Assembly (NCBI GenBank): GCA_043228905.1
Contig: JBHGNT010000006.1
Coordinates: 18,352,001-18,416,000 of the forward strand
DNA: 64,000 nucleotides
DNA from: Azolla caroliniana
Taxonomy: Eukaryota > Plantae > Polypodiophyta
Direction: 5' to 3'
This document shows positions 1 through 12,400 of this stretch, piece after piece. The translations under genes and the position numbers were made by a program. Numbering within the stretch: the stretch's first letter is position 1; each line of letters starts with the position of its first letter. Below the pieces are notes generated by a model. It did no database searches, was not told the DNA's origin, and saw only the letters and a program-made list of their open reading frames with translations.

Positions 1-2800
1 GATAACATAGCATTCGAGTATGCCATCTAATTTTTCCCAATAATCAGTTGAGGGTCTTTAGTGTGGTAGGAGCCGGGGCACTGAAGATGGCCTGGCTTGC
101 ACCTTGTGGGGCGCCATGGTGATCCCTTCGCGGTTGAAAATATGCGCCAGCAAAGCACAACTACAAACATAAAATGCGCATTTCACGAGGTTCTGACTAA
201 GCCGAGCTTGTCGACAATGTTCGAGACAAAGGCGTAATTGGGTGAGATGCTCTATTTGTCAACCCTAAACTGCAACATCATCAAGGAACACTTGCATGAA
301 TGTTGGAATGTAGTCTTCGAAAATTTCGGCGATGATACATTGGAATGTGGCTGGTGTCATTTTTAACCCAAACATAATCACGACTGTGACGAAAACGCCT
401 GGTTCTATTACAAATGTTGTTTTTTCTTGGTTGTCAGGGTGCATGTGGATTTGATTGTACCCACTGAACCCATCCAAGAAGCTATATTGCTCATGACCCG
501 CCACACTATCGAGCACACCATCTATAAATGGAAGAGGAAAAGTGTAAGTGATGGTGGTCACGTTCAACTTCCTATAATCAACGCAAACCCTTATTTTTCC
601 ATTTTACTTTGGAACGACCACAATGGGACTTAAGCACATGGCACATTTGACTAGTTGAATGAACCCCACCTGAAGGAGCTTGCCGATTTCCTCTTTCACT
701 TTTGCCGCAAAATTAGGATTCATTCTGGAACGACATTGTTGTACCGGTCGTGCATCGTGTGTCAGATGGGTGTGGTGCTAATAGTATGTCAGGACTAACC
801 CTTTCATGTCGTTGTATGACCATGAAAAGATGTCCTTATATTCCGTGAGCAAACCAACCAGTGTCGAGGGTTCGTCAGGAGTCAGCTCTTTTGCTATTTT
901 TAGTGTTCTCGGATCCGTGGTGGTACCGAGATTAATCTCTTCTAGTGTTGATGCCTTCAACTGTTCAGATATGGCTAGTTCTCATTCGAGCGCTTCGCGT
1001 GCATACCGTAATTCTTCGATCGATTTCGGATCGGGTTCTCGGTCGATCTCTTGCTCTTCTCCCGCCGCCTCAGAAACATAAGGGTTGACTGTTGTTAGAA
1101 TGTCGATGTCGAATAGTGGAACAATCTGCGGGTGATCCTCTAGGATGTGGTCAAGCTCCTCCTCAGTTAGTCCATCGAGCATGTGAACACCTTCCGCATA
1201 TAGGGCAATGGTATCTTATGGGCTGCATATTTGTTCCTTCGTGATGACACGTACCTTAGTTTTCACACACCGGAACGAGATCATATTGTGCAACCAGTGT
1301 TGCTTAATGTTGCCCATGCGTACCCAAGGACGGTCGAGCAGCATTTGGTAGGCATTAGGAGCATCTAGTCGTAACACCACAACCGAAATCATGAAGGTGT
1401 GGCCTTCGAGAATAAAATCGAGGTGTTAGATTAAATAGATCGCCCGAATGGATTGTGTATCTAGCATATAGAGCCAAAATGGGCATGCTTTCCATTGGGT
1501 AATGCCAAGAACTCGGCAAGTAGCCTTGTTGAAGGCATTGACCCCCAATCCCCCATCGACAATACAACCGTGAACATACCGCCCTTTCATAATGATCTTT
1601 ACAAACGGGTTCTGGGAGTCCATTAGTGGTGGTCTTGTACTTGGCTCGATTATCTGGAGGTCGTCAATTATTACCCTATTTTTGTTGACCTTGATTATGA
1701 TGGGGAGGTCGTCGATTGTCCCTATGGTATCTCGATTTGCAAACATCGTCACGATCATAGTCATAACGGTAGTAGTCGTCAATTGGTTGATAGCGCTCCT
1801 CCCTGGGCCGGTAAAGGTCGTCCTCTATCCTATAACACTCGTCCTTGGGCCAGTACCTATTGTCCCCTCAATAACTATCCTCCTTGAGTCGGTATCGATC
1901 TTCACGTCTATAACAATCCTCGTACCATGTCTGCTCGGCTTCCCGATTTCTAAGATGAACGATTGCGATCATCCTGACGAGGGTGATCATGGCAGGGCTC
2001 GATTTGGTGTACCAAAGCGGTGGTTGTGCGATTGAGCATATTATATTCACAGTCCTCCACCGAATGTGTGCACTGCGCTCAAACAACGCAATCCACGGCC
2101 GATTGGCCAGAATTCGAGCATGTCATGCATTGGATTGCCTGCCGAAATTGGGTTTCTTCATGTGTTGGCAAGGCGTTTTGGAGTGAGTGCATTGAGAAAG
2201 ATGTACTACAAGGAAGACACAAACGACCACCTGCTCGATTGTTTGTTGGGAGACATCGGTTAAGGAGAGAGTTGTGCGATGATGCTCCTGTAATCCTACA
2301 AGGAATGTGTCGTTAGATGATTCGTGGACACATCTTGAGCGAGCTGACGATAAAGATCCTGGAAGCGGATCGTAAACTGGAAGACCATTTCATTCGGCTC
2401 TTGTGTGATTGCATAGAACTGGCGGAGAAGCTCTCTCTTGGGTATATCTCGATGGAAAAGTTTGAGGAATCGAGAGCGAACTTCCTGAAACATCGCAAAT
2501 TCCCCGAGATCTAGGTGAACTCCGTGATTTTGGACGTTGTCCGCCTCAGCAGCAGTCAGACGCTCCATCGAGTGGTTGGCTTGCCATATCGACAAGGAGG
2601 TGCGGATGTGTGATTTGGCATCGGGCCCATCTGTGTACCGCTAATACAGATACGCCATGGTGTCAAAGTTTGGATCTTCAGGTAGCATCGGGAATGGGTT
2701 GTATTCTTCTTGGTTGACTTTGGGGGAACAGTGACGTGAAACGAGGTGAAAATCCATGTTGGACTGAGTGTTTGGTGACGGCGACAGACAGTGGCATGAC
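1..2800 (-). mobile_element. G1: degenerate Ty3/Gypsy retrotransposon fragment (gag, protease, RT), runs off the left edge
   Basis: Minus-strand fragments: RT 'FPLPFIDGVLDSVAGHEQYSFLDGFSGYNQI...FMQVFLDD' (265-567), 'LEEINLGT...DIFSWSYNDMKG' (778-960), protease 'CIVDGGLGVN' (~1560), gag-like 'LLRQFYAITQEPNEMVFQFTIRFQDLY' (2296-2595). Many stops and frameshifts; LTR not delimited. Confidence 0.85.
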
Positions 2801-3516
2801 TCAAATGGCTCCGAAGATTATTGTTGCGTGAGCATTGTCGTGTTGTTTTTCACACAACATATGAAAAATAATGAAATAATTATTTTAGATTAGCTTAATG
2901 GATTGGTACAAAAAGATGGACGTCCTCAAGAGCTTCCAAATGCATTTTACCACGTATGAAACGGACAACCACGTATCAAGTTATGTGTGTATGAAGCTGG
3001 ACAAGATGGAGGAACAAAACTATAAGATATCCCACATTAATAGGAGAACATCGTACCCAATAGTATATAAGCAGATACAGAACCCATTAGTTCATATCTG
3101 GGCATTCAGAGCATAGACCAAACTACTCGAAATAGCCAAAACAGTTGCACGATAGCCGGTTTTTGGAATGGCCGATTCCCTTTTTCATACTTGACCTACT
3201 TGTCTCTTTAAGTTTCGTTTCACACCTCGTTCTTTTTGTCCTAAGGATAACACTCGCTCGCTGAGAAAATGATGATGCACCTCATTGTGCTCTGTCTGAG
3301 TGTGAAAGACAGGGTTCTTGGCAAGTTGGATACTACTGAGGTTGTACAATATATCATTGTCGGTTTATACCCCACCACATGCAGATCCTTCAAGGTTCGC
3401 ATGTAGCGATAGTTGTTGCTCTCTATTCAACCTCAACGCTTGATAATGCAACTATCGATTGCTTCTTACTGCTCTAGACGATTGCGGCGCTTCCAAGTGA
3501 AAACGCAAAACCTGAT

Positions 3517-4002
3517 TGTTGAATAGGCAAGCTCAACCGTATCCCGATCGGCTCAATAAGCCAGAGCCAGATCAGTATCTGGAACGGAAAATCAGATAGG
3601 TACACAAATAGGTGTCCAGATATATCGGTATCCAGAACCTAGAGTTGGACCGAAGAACCAGATTGTACTACGGAATAGTGAGAACCGGTAGGCCGTTGGA
3701 GCCTACGGTCCGAGCCTAGTACATAGGCATATTCCTTGGAGTTAGTGTCAGTCGCTCGTGTGAGAATTGAAGTACATGTCAATACTTCTGGTAGTCCTTT
3801 CAAGGACTTGTATAAAAAGTGTTATGTAGGACATTGTATGTACATAGAGAGTTATTATTTTGAATTGAGTTTATGTTGTTCTGCTCTCTCTATCTCTCCC
3901 TTCTACTCTGTATTCTTAAGCTTCCATTAAACCTTCATTTCTATTTTACTGTTGTTATCCGGCTCAACCGGTTTATCTAAGGTTTCGCATATTAACTTTA
4001 CA
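3517..4002 (+). repeat. 5' LTR of C1
   Basis: TG...CA termini, TATAAAA, directly followed by PBS; similar to LTRs at 45713-46084 and 56615-56964. Confidence 0.85.
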
Positions 4003-4014
4003 TGGTATCAGAGC
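4003..4014 (+). promoter_or_regulatory. Primer-binding site (tRNA-iMet) of C1
   Basis: TGGTATCAGAGC immediately after the LTR-terminal CA. Confidence 0.95.
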
Positions 4015-4101
4015 GCGAGGGTTGAGAGCCTGTGCTGTCGACAATTGCTCGAAACAAACAAACCCGAATCGCCGGTAAAGAATAGAAGAGAGAAGGAATA
4101 T

Positions 4102-7002
4102 ATGGACAGAAACATGGTGAGATCGCTTCCTACGGAAAAGCTCAACCAGAGCAACTATGCATCTTGGTCGTATAAAATGCACCAGTACCTATTGGGGCAT
4201 GGATACTGGAGCTACGTGGAAGGAGCAAATGTAGCAGCGCCAGATTCGGCACACAAGGACTTCCCAGTATGGGAGCAAGGAGCGAGCAAGGTGTTATACT
4301 GTCTCGTGTCCTGTGTGCACGACCAGATGCTTGACCACATCAGAGATGCAAAGTCTCTGAAGGAGTCCTGGGAAAATCTTCGGAAGATTTTTGGTGGAAG
4401 TACCACGGCTCGGAAGTTGCAGCTCCGACAAGAGCTTAACAGTATCTGGCAACGGGACATGTCGGACACCAACTACACGACCAAGATCAAGGAGATCTAC
4501 GATGCGCTCGGGTCCATCAACGTGACGGTGGATGAAGACGAGATGGTTCAGATCAGCCTCGGTGGTATAGCACACCGGTACAAGCCAATCTGGACGGCAA
4601 TTTGCACCCCTGAGGAGCCACTGTCCTTCTTCGACCAGCAATCAATGCTCATGGTCGAAGAAAACCAAACAAGTGGGTCAAGGACCACTCAATCGGCTAG
4701 CCAGATGCTTTACAAAGAGGCGGACCGACCCCGTGGGCGTGGAGGACGAGGCGGGTCGGCACACAATGCAAGCGGCTAACAAGAGAAAAACCGAAGGCAC
4801 AAAGATAGTGCCGACAGCAGTTCCAGACCCTCCACAAGCAGGAGGAGTCAAAGCGGCACCGGAAACCGGCAATCAAAGAACAAGTCGGAATGCTCGTATT
4901 GTGGAAAGAATGGCCTCTGAGAGAACGAGTGTTGGATATTTCCCGATTCAAGAAAGCCGGACATGGGAACCAACAAAGCTCGCACTACGCAAAAGGATTG
5001 TAAGGATCCAAAACCAGTAAGACCGGAAAAGGGCCAACCTTTGTGATGAAGCACAAGGCAAACTCGGTGAAGAAGACCACCTCCGGCTCAGAGGAAGTTT
5101 GGTACGTTGACTCCAGAGCATCTAACCACATGACGAGTCACGAAGAGTGGTTCTCGTTTCTGGAAAAGCCGGAGAAACCGAGAGTTGTCGAAACCAAAGA
5201 AGACACTCGTCACCCCATAGTGCATGTCAGTCAACTCCCCTTGAGTCATGTCCGACAACAAGGGACACTTATGAACATGCTTCACGTCCCAACAATCATA
5301 AAGAACTTGGCATCGGTCGGTCAATTCATCGATCAGGGGATGTAGGTGCGGTTTACGCACCTCGGGTGCTTGATTGAGGAAGAGGGTTGGATCATCGTGC
5401 AAGGGCGCTAAGATGGGAGGATGTTTATGCTCGACACCAACAATCTCAGCACCGGTATGTTCATAAAAGGACAGAAGATCAAATCGGATATCGACCTGTG
5501 GCACAAGTGGATCGGCCACGTCAATTACCAGAGGCTTCAAGACCTGCAAACGAAACAATTTGTTGTTGGTTTGCTGAAATTCAGTGGCCGAAAGGCCCAA
5601 TTGTGTGAAGCTTACCAACTCGGGAAGCAACACCGGCTTCTATTCCCCTCCGAAAGAAACCAGAGTCGTAACAAGCTCGACTTGATACATTCGGATGTAT
5701 GGGAACCGACACAGAACAATAGTCTTGGCAGGAGCCGATACTTTGTCTCCTTCATCGACGACTACAGCCGGCACACATGGATCTATCTCATAGAGAAGAA
5801 AAGTGAAGTGTTCGACTGTTTCTGGAATTGGAGAGGAAAATCAGGTTCCTACGGTCGGATGGCGGAAGTGAATACTTTTCCAGCTAATTCAACAATTATC
5901 TGCGACAAATGAGTCCGCATCATGGTACTCTCTATCGACAGTGATGTCCAACTCTAACCCAATTCTGGAAGATGAGGCTGAGTAAGCCGAAAATGATATG
6001 GGTAGAAGATGAAGAAGGATTCGGTACTCGGGATGAGACTCCGATCTCATTCCGGCTGAGTCGGCCAAATGGGTGACTGAGACAGAATGCCCAGTCAGAT
6101 GAAGAGTCGGCGAGCAGTGGAGACTCGGTCATACTCTCCCCGCGCAAGGAACCAAGGAGACGGTTCACCCACAAAGAGAAGGGGAAGAAGAAGATGTCGG
6201 AATATGACACTGGCAGAGATGAATTGGATCGGAGCAAGTCCGATTTGTGAAAGAACAAAGATGGATCTTTGGAAGAGAAGTCTGAATCGGCCTAGAGGGC
6301 CCAGAAATTGCGTTGAACTAGCTGCCAGAAGCACCCCATAGTTCGGTACGGATATAACGAGTATATGGCGCATCATTATGCATACATGGTGAAGGTGGTA
6401 GCCATGCGTGAGCCCGAGAGCTACGAAGAAGCGGCTAAGGATCCAAACTGGGAGAGGGCCATGGAGGAAGACATGCACGCGCTCATAGAGAATGAGGTGT
6501 GGGACTTGGTGGATGTACTGAAAGGAGTGAAGTCGAACGGTTGCCAGTGGGTATACAAATTCAAATACAACATCCATGGCACCGTCAACTGGTATAAGGC
6601 GCGATTAGTGGCAAAGGGCTACGCACAACAACACACCATTAACTACGATGAGACATTTGTGCCGGTCGCAAAGATGACGACCATCCGTGTTTTGCTTGCA
6701 GTGGCAGGGACGAAGGGGTGGCATCTACATCAAACGGATGTGAAAAATGCGTTCCTGCAAGGTGATCTTGAGGGACAAGTCTTCATGGTTCAGCCCCCCA
6801 AATTTTAGTCTGGAATGAACACGTTGGTCGTTTGGCGACTAAAGAAGTCCCTTTACGGACTAAAGCAAGCCCCGCATACCAGGAACACGAATATCATGCA
6901 GCGACTGCGTCGGATGGGGTTTGCCGTGTCAAAGTCAGATTCTTCACTCTTCATCAAGCAAGGATGGAACGGGCCTGTTAGTACTTTACTTTATGTTGAT
7001 GA
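4102..7002 (+). pseudogene. C1 gag-pol pseudogene
   Basis: ORF pieces 3952-4779, 5043-5345, 5421-5912, 6365-6808, 6815-7002 with Copia domain order PR-IN-RT; stops plus internal integrase deletions relative to C6. Confidence 0.9.
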
Positions 7003-7452
7003 TGTAAAGAATAGCGTGCGGAAGCTTGTAGACAAACCGGCTCAGCTGGGTTACAAGAATAAAACTGAAAATGAAGGTTTAATGGAAGCTTAAGAATAGA
7101 GAATATATAGGAGAGACAGAGAGAGCATAAAGCATAAACTCAATTAAAAAATAATGCTCTATGTACATACAACGTGCTTAGTGAGCACTTTTATACAAGT
7201 CCTTATCAGGATTGACAAGTACTTCAATGCTCATACAAACGACTAACACTAACTCCCAAAAATATGCCTACCTACTAGGCTAGATTAGTAGGCCTCTAAC
7301 GGCCTACCGGTTACAATCCAATCCAGCTCTCCAATCCAGCTCCTGGTTCTGGACACCAATCCGGCTCTAAGTTATTCCGCGGATCCAGATTGGTTGAGCT
7401 TGTCCGCTCAACACTCCCCCTCAAGCTCAACTTGAGGTCGGATCGTAGTGTT
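7003..7452 (-). mobile_element. C2: 3' LTR (7003-7413) + PPT of a C1/C6-related Copia inserted in antisense
   Basis: Minus strand reads ...CTTGAGGGGGAG|TGTTGAGCGGACAAGCTCAACC...TTCTTTACA, matching the PPT/LTR junction at 56581-56640; interrupted at 7453 by C3. Confidence 0.85.
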
Positions 7453-8195
7453 TGACAGGAACTACACGCTCCCTATGCGCAACGCTCGGCCACAACCGAG
7501 CTTAGAAACATACACAAAAAAACGGGGAATGGATGCACGACACAGAGGAGAGAAAAAAAAGAGTACACAGGATGTTTACGTGGAAAACCCAAACTAGGGA
7601 AAAACCACGACAGCCCACACACTGCGAACTATCACTATATCACAAAGATTACAATAGTGAGCTCACGGAGGCAACGACCTCGTGCTCACGATCTTCGGCA
7701 CAGGTGGAGGTTACAACAGAGGCAACGACCTCTTTGTTTCTTTCTCTCTCTCTCTCTCTGTGTACACTGTTGCGCTCTAATGTTGCACCAACAAGAAATG
7801 ACAACAACCTTTTCTATCCTCAAAAGTTTGCCCTAAGTCATATTTATACTAATATGACTTTTCGGCTATTTACAAATATAGCCACGATGGACTCTCAGAA
7901 ACATATTTACAAATATGTCTCTTCATCCGGTGAGCACTCCTCACCGGGCCTTCATCATCCGGCGCTTGCCTGGTACTCGTCATCCGGTTCTGACCGGGTC
8001 TTCCATTTCCGAGTACTCCTCATCCGGTTCTCACCGGGTCTGCACCATCCGCCTCTCCGTAGCCGGGTACTCGTCATCTTGTTCTCACCGGGTCTTCCGT
8101 AGCTGGGTATTTCTCATCCGGTTTCGGACTCGGCCGAGTTTGCTCATCAGTATTGTTCTTCTCATTTCCCATCCGGAGGGACCTGTTTCCTAACA
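7453..8195 (-). repeat. 3' LTR of C3
   Basis: TGACAGG...TAACA on plus; repeated at 19707; contains CATCCGG/ACCGGG short repeats. Confidence 0.92.
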
Positions 8196-9409
8196 AACTC
8201 CCCCTTCACTCCGGCATGCGATGTCTTACTAGTCTGATCCGCTTCCGGCATGCATCCAGCTTGTCGGGTATCAGTACTTTGGTCAACATATCTGACCCAT
8301 TCTCGGCTGTGTGGATCTTCGTCAGCGCGAACTCCTGGTCATCTACTCTTTCCCAGATCCAGTGATACCTTCATTGGATATGCTTCGCCCAGGAATGGTA
8401 GGCCACATTCTTAGCAAGGTGGATGGCACTTTGACTGTCGCAATAGAGCCGGTATTCATCTTGCCTGATACCGAGCTCTCCGATGAAGTCCTTCATCCAT
8501 AATATTTCCCGGCCGGCTTCCACAGCCGCCATGTACTCCGCCTCCGTGGTTAACAACGCAACCATCTTATGCAGCCTCGACTGCCACGAAATAGCTCCCC
8601 CTGCATATGTCATTACATACCCGAATGTAGACGGGCTGGTATCCACATCAGCCGACGTTTCCGAATCAGTAAAACCATCAAGTTGAGGTTTACCGGAGCC
8701 GAATCAGAGACACATATTTGAAGTGCCCTTCAAGTACCGGAGTATCCATTTGACCGTTGTCGTGAAGAAAACCGTCCCCTGGCGCAATCGGTGAATAGCA
8801 CACATGAACCGGCCCTTCACGTGTGCGCTCTCTTAATGTATAGAATAGAGAATTAGGTATAGAGAGAGATCCTGGGTAGTTAGATTCGGTAGGTGGGAAG
8901 TAAATGAGGGAGACGGCTCCCTTCTTGATGCTATAAAGGAGAGGGAGATGCAGGGAGAGGGGATCGCGCATTAAGGAGGACGAAGTGCTATCGGACCGGA
9001 ACCGAACGTTTCTCCTCTGTCTGTTCTCTATTGTTCTTCTCTACAGGCTTCGGGAGGCTCGCGCTGCTTCGAGGAACGCCCGTGTGCTTCCGACAGCTCC
9101 TCCATCTTATCACCTTTCCGTGCGCAGACGAACAGGCATCGACATCTATTCGCCGGCCTGTTCGGTTGTAACTGCTCGCGTGTTCTGTTGTGTTCTTGTT
9201 ATTCGTTAATATACAAACAATTGTGTCTCCCTGTCTCTGTGTCCATTCGTGTTTTCTGTGTTGACGGGCCACGCCCCTGTGTTTCTTTGCTCATACGTGA
9301 CCGGGCGTCTCTCTCCTTCTTTTTCCCCTTTTATCATCTGCTCTTCGGTTCAAGACCCCGGTGGTCCCGCCTCGTTTTCCCACGCACGCGCGTAGTAACG
9401 CGACATCTT

Positions 9410-9429
9410 TGGTGAACCCGACGTGAATC
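9410..9429 (+). promoter_or_regulatory. PBS complementary to tRNA-Trp
   Basis: TGGTGAACCCGACGTGAATC is the reverse complement of the plant tRNA-Trp 3' end (...GATTCACGTCGGGTTCACCA, recalled from memory). Confidence 0.85.
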
Positions 9430-9449
9430 AGGCGGCAGAGGAGCAGAAG

Positions 9450-12400
9450 ATGAGGGGGTCAGATCTTGCAGAGGCCATGGCTTCGGCCGTGGACCGGATA
9501 GTGAGCGCGCGCGAGGGCACTGGCGCCCTCGACAGGGCTATTGAGGCGATTGTCGGTACGATCGGCCGGTTCAGTGGAAAGGATGCCACGAGTTATTTGG
9601 CGTCCTACTGGGCGGATATGTTGATGAGGGATATTCCGGAAGAGAGGCGTCTTGCCGGATTCCCTCGAGTGGTGATGTCGGGCATCCATGCGGAGGTGCT
9701 CGAGGTCCAAGCGGAGAGCCGGACCTGGGAAGAGTTCGAAGGACGGCTCCTGGAGAAGTACGGGCTGGATGACGCGCTTCGACTTTCGAAGCGGAGCTTC
9801 ATGGAATGGGTGGAGGCCCCCAAAAAAGGAAGAAATGCGTCGGTACTCCTCCGGGAGTTTGAGGAACGCTTTGCGCGCCTTTCGGCGCTCAATCGGACTG
9901 TTCTGGACACAAGTCGTGTCCTACTGTTTGTCAAATCGGTTGACACACGGGATCGGGGGCAAGTTGGCTCCTTACTGGAAACCAAAGACGGGCTGACGAC
10001 CGACTGGGCAGCGGTAAAGAGATTTTGCGGCCGTTTTGACAAACGGTGGGAGTGGGCTGATACAGAGGCGACCGGGGCGGGACCTGTCGCAGCAAGGAAG
10101 CTCAAACCGATACCGCAGGCACGAAGGGAAGAGACCCGGGAATGGCTCGAAACCAGTTCTTCTTCGACCGGCGTGATCAGAGGCTCGTCCGGGGGAACAA
10201 CTCTGGAGGAGTTGACACGAGCGGTAAAGGATCTCCAGATTGCCCAGGCTCGGAGGGAAGGCGGCGATCAGGCTCGCGACCGACGGCCTTCGGCAAGAAG
10301 TAGGTGCATGTGGTGCGACGAGGTCGGCCACATCCGGAAAGACTGCGGGGACTTTATGGAGGCTTTGAGAAGCCGGGTACTGTGCCTGTGGGAGGGTCGG
10401 GTGCACGCCAGCGATACCCGGAGGGCCCTAAACCGAAACGACGGGAGAGGAGGAATGAAAAGGCTGATGGAAGAGGCGGCAACCCGGCACGCGGAGACTG
10501 TCCACTACTCAGCGTCAGCCGGTATTCGGGTTGGGGGCAGCGAGGCCCAGAAGGAGAGCAAAGCCGAGTTCTGGCCGACGATGCTGGAAGGCCTCGCTGG
10601 TGCCCGACTGAAGAGAGACGAGGCGGACCGCGCGGAGAACCGGGTCCAGGAGGTAACCGGGTGGAGTGACCCGGTCGAAGAAAAGACGGGTTTCGTAGAA
10701 GCAGCTTGCCAGAACTACGAAGCTCTGGTTGAAGACAAACGGGTAGGTAGAAACGGAGGGGCCGGACCCTCACAGAGATAGGAAACCCGATTCGGGCCGA
10801 AACGGAACGAGGCCGGTGAGTCCAGTGCCCGGGATAACCACAAGAAGGGCAGATACCGGCTGGGCACGGAGATTGAAAGGACCACGGACCTATGAAAGGT
10901 CCTGGGAGAACGAATCCTCGACAGCAAGGTGGAACTGTCGTTGTGAGAGGTGCTCGGGATAGCCAAGAAGGAGTTCCACGACTCCATCGTGGACTTGGTG
11001 AAGAGGAAGAGGCTGTCGATGAAGGTAGAACCGGAAAGGCCGGTGGAAGTACGGACAGCGCACATAGAGGACATGGCGCTGGAAGACGAGTGGGCGGAGA
11101 GCCACTATTCGAGGCCACACTGGGCCCGAGCGACCACGGAAACCCCGGTGAAAATCGGAGATGTTCAGGAACCGGTGGTGGCACTGGTGGACCACGGTTC
11201 GGAAATAAACCTGATGTCCATGGACTTCTACAAAAAGGGGAAGATATGCGCGGCAACGCGCGCCACCGAGGAACTACACGGGGCCTGCCCAAACGTGCGA
11301 GTCAAGATCAGCGACGTCGAAATAGACCAGCACTTCTTTGTGTAGGAAACGTCCTCGCACCCGGTCATTCTAGGGGAACCGTACATTACGGCGGCACGAA
11401 TGGAGACCAAGGTGTTGGACAACGGGTCGGCGTACGCGAGGGTCAAGAGCCAGGACGGGCATCATTCGGTCCAGTTCCTGACGGTACGACCCAACCACGA
11501 GCGAAACCGCGAGTCCCTCGGTGGCGAGAACCGAGAGGATTTTTAAAGAGGGTTGCCAAGGCGTGGGGCCGCGACAGTCCGGACACTCTGGGAAAACCCC
11601 ACAAATGTACGATAGAAGTGAAACCAAAGAATCCTTGTACCATAAGTAGGAAGTTTTGTTTCTCCCACAACGGAGGGTGTACGATAGTCGGCGTCGTAGG
11701 CCAAGAAAAGACAAGGGCAGAAAGGCGACTTCGGGCGTGCGGAGTTCTTGGGCCCAGCGAAGAAATCAACGGAGCCATGGAGGCGGTCTCCTTTGATGAT
11801 ACCTTGGGAATACTGCGAGAGGTGGTCGGAGAGTGCCTTAAAGAGGACCGGATGATACCGGTTTGTTCAGAAGAGATGTATGAAGTCATCACGGACTTCA
11901 GTCGAGGGCTCGAGTTAGATCGGACGGCCCGGGTTCACACGAAGTACAAGGCTATGGACCGGAAGGTAAGGCCAGTCGCAGCACCCTTACCGGAGGACAG
12001 CGAGTTGCAAATCGAGGGGGTCGCGTCGGACCCCAGTTTACGTGATCCGGCCCGCATAGGACACACCTTCACTGACAGAACGCTACGGGAGCTCAAAATC
12101 GGTGGGGGCGGGTTCCTACTGCCGGCGGAAGAAGACCAGTTTCGGAGGATGCTCGGAAGGCACGGGAAAGCCTTCGCATTCTCGCCGGAAGAGATCGGGT
12201 GCGTAGACCCGACAGTCGTGAAGCCGATGGTGATATTGACGGTACCGCATGTACCATGGAATCTCAAGCCAATTTCGGTACCGAGAGCTCACATCCCGGA
12301 GCTGATGGAGCTATTGAGGCAGAAAGTCGATATGGGCATCCTCGAACCGTCGAGTGCCCTGTACTCGAACCGGTGGTTTACTGTACCGAAGAAGAACGGG

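Larger units (their letters stand above)
3517..7002 (+). mobile_element. C1: Ty1/Copia element, 5' part only (LTR, gag, PR, partial IN, RT up to YVDD)
   Basis: LTR TGTTGAATAG...TTTACA (3517-4002), then PBS TGGTATCAGAGC; gag 'KLNQSNYASWSYKM', PR 'WYVDSRASNHMT', IN 'LIHSDVWEP...FIDDYSRHTW', RT 'YKARLVAKGY...[11 protein letters not shown]...LYVDD'. Homologous to C6. Confidence 0.93.

Noticed and set aside
7533-8102. 189-aa ORF repeated at 19787
   Set aside because: Lies in the C3 LTR, includes a (CT)n tract, and the frame is not conserved between the two LTRs.
10892-11700. N-terminal third of the 746-aa ORF as a novel protein domain
   Set aside because: It overlaps the true protease frame (10950-11345); it is an off-frame open stretch in GC-rich DNA upstream of RT.
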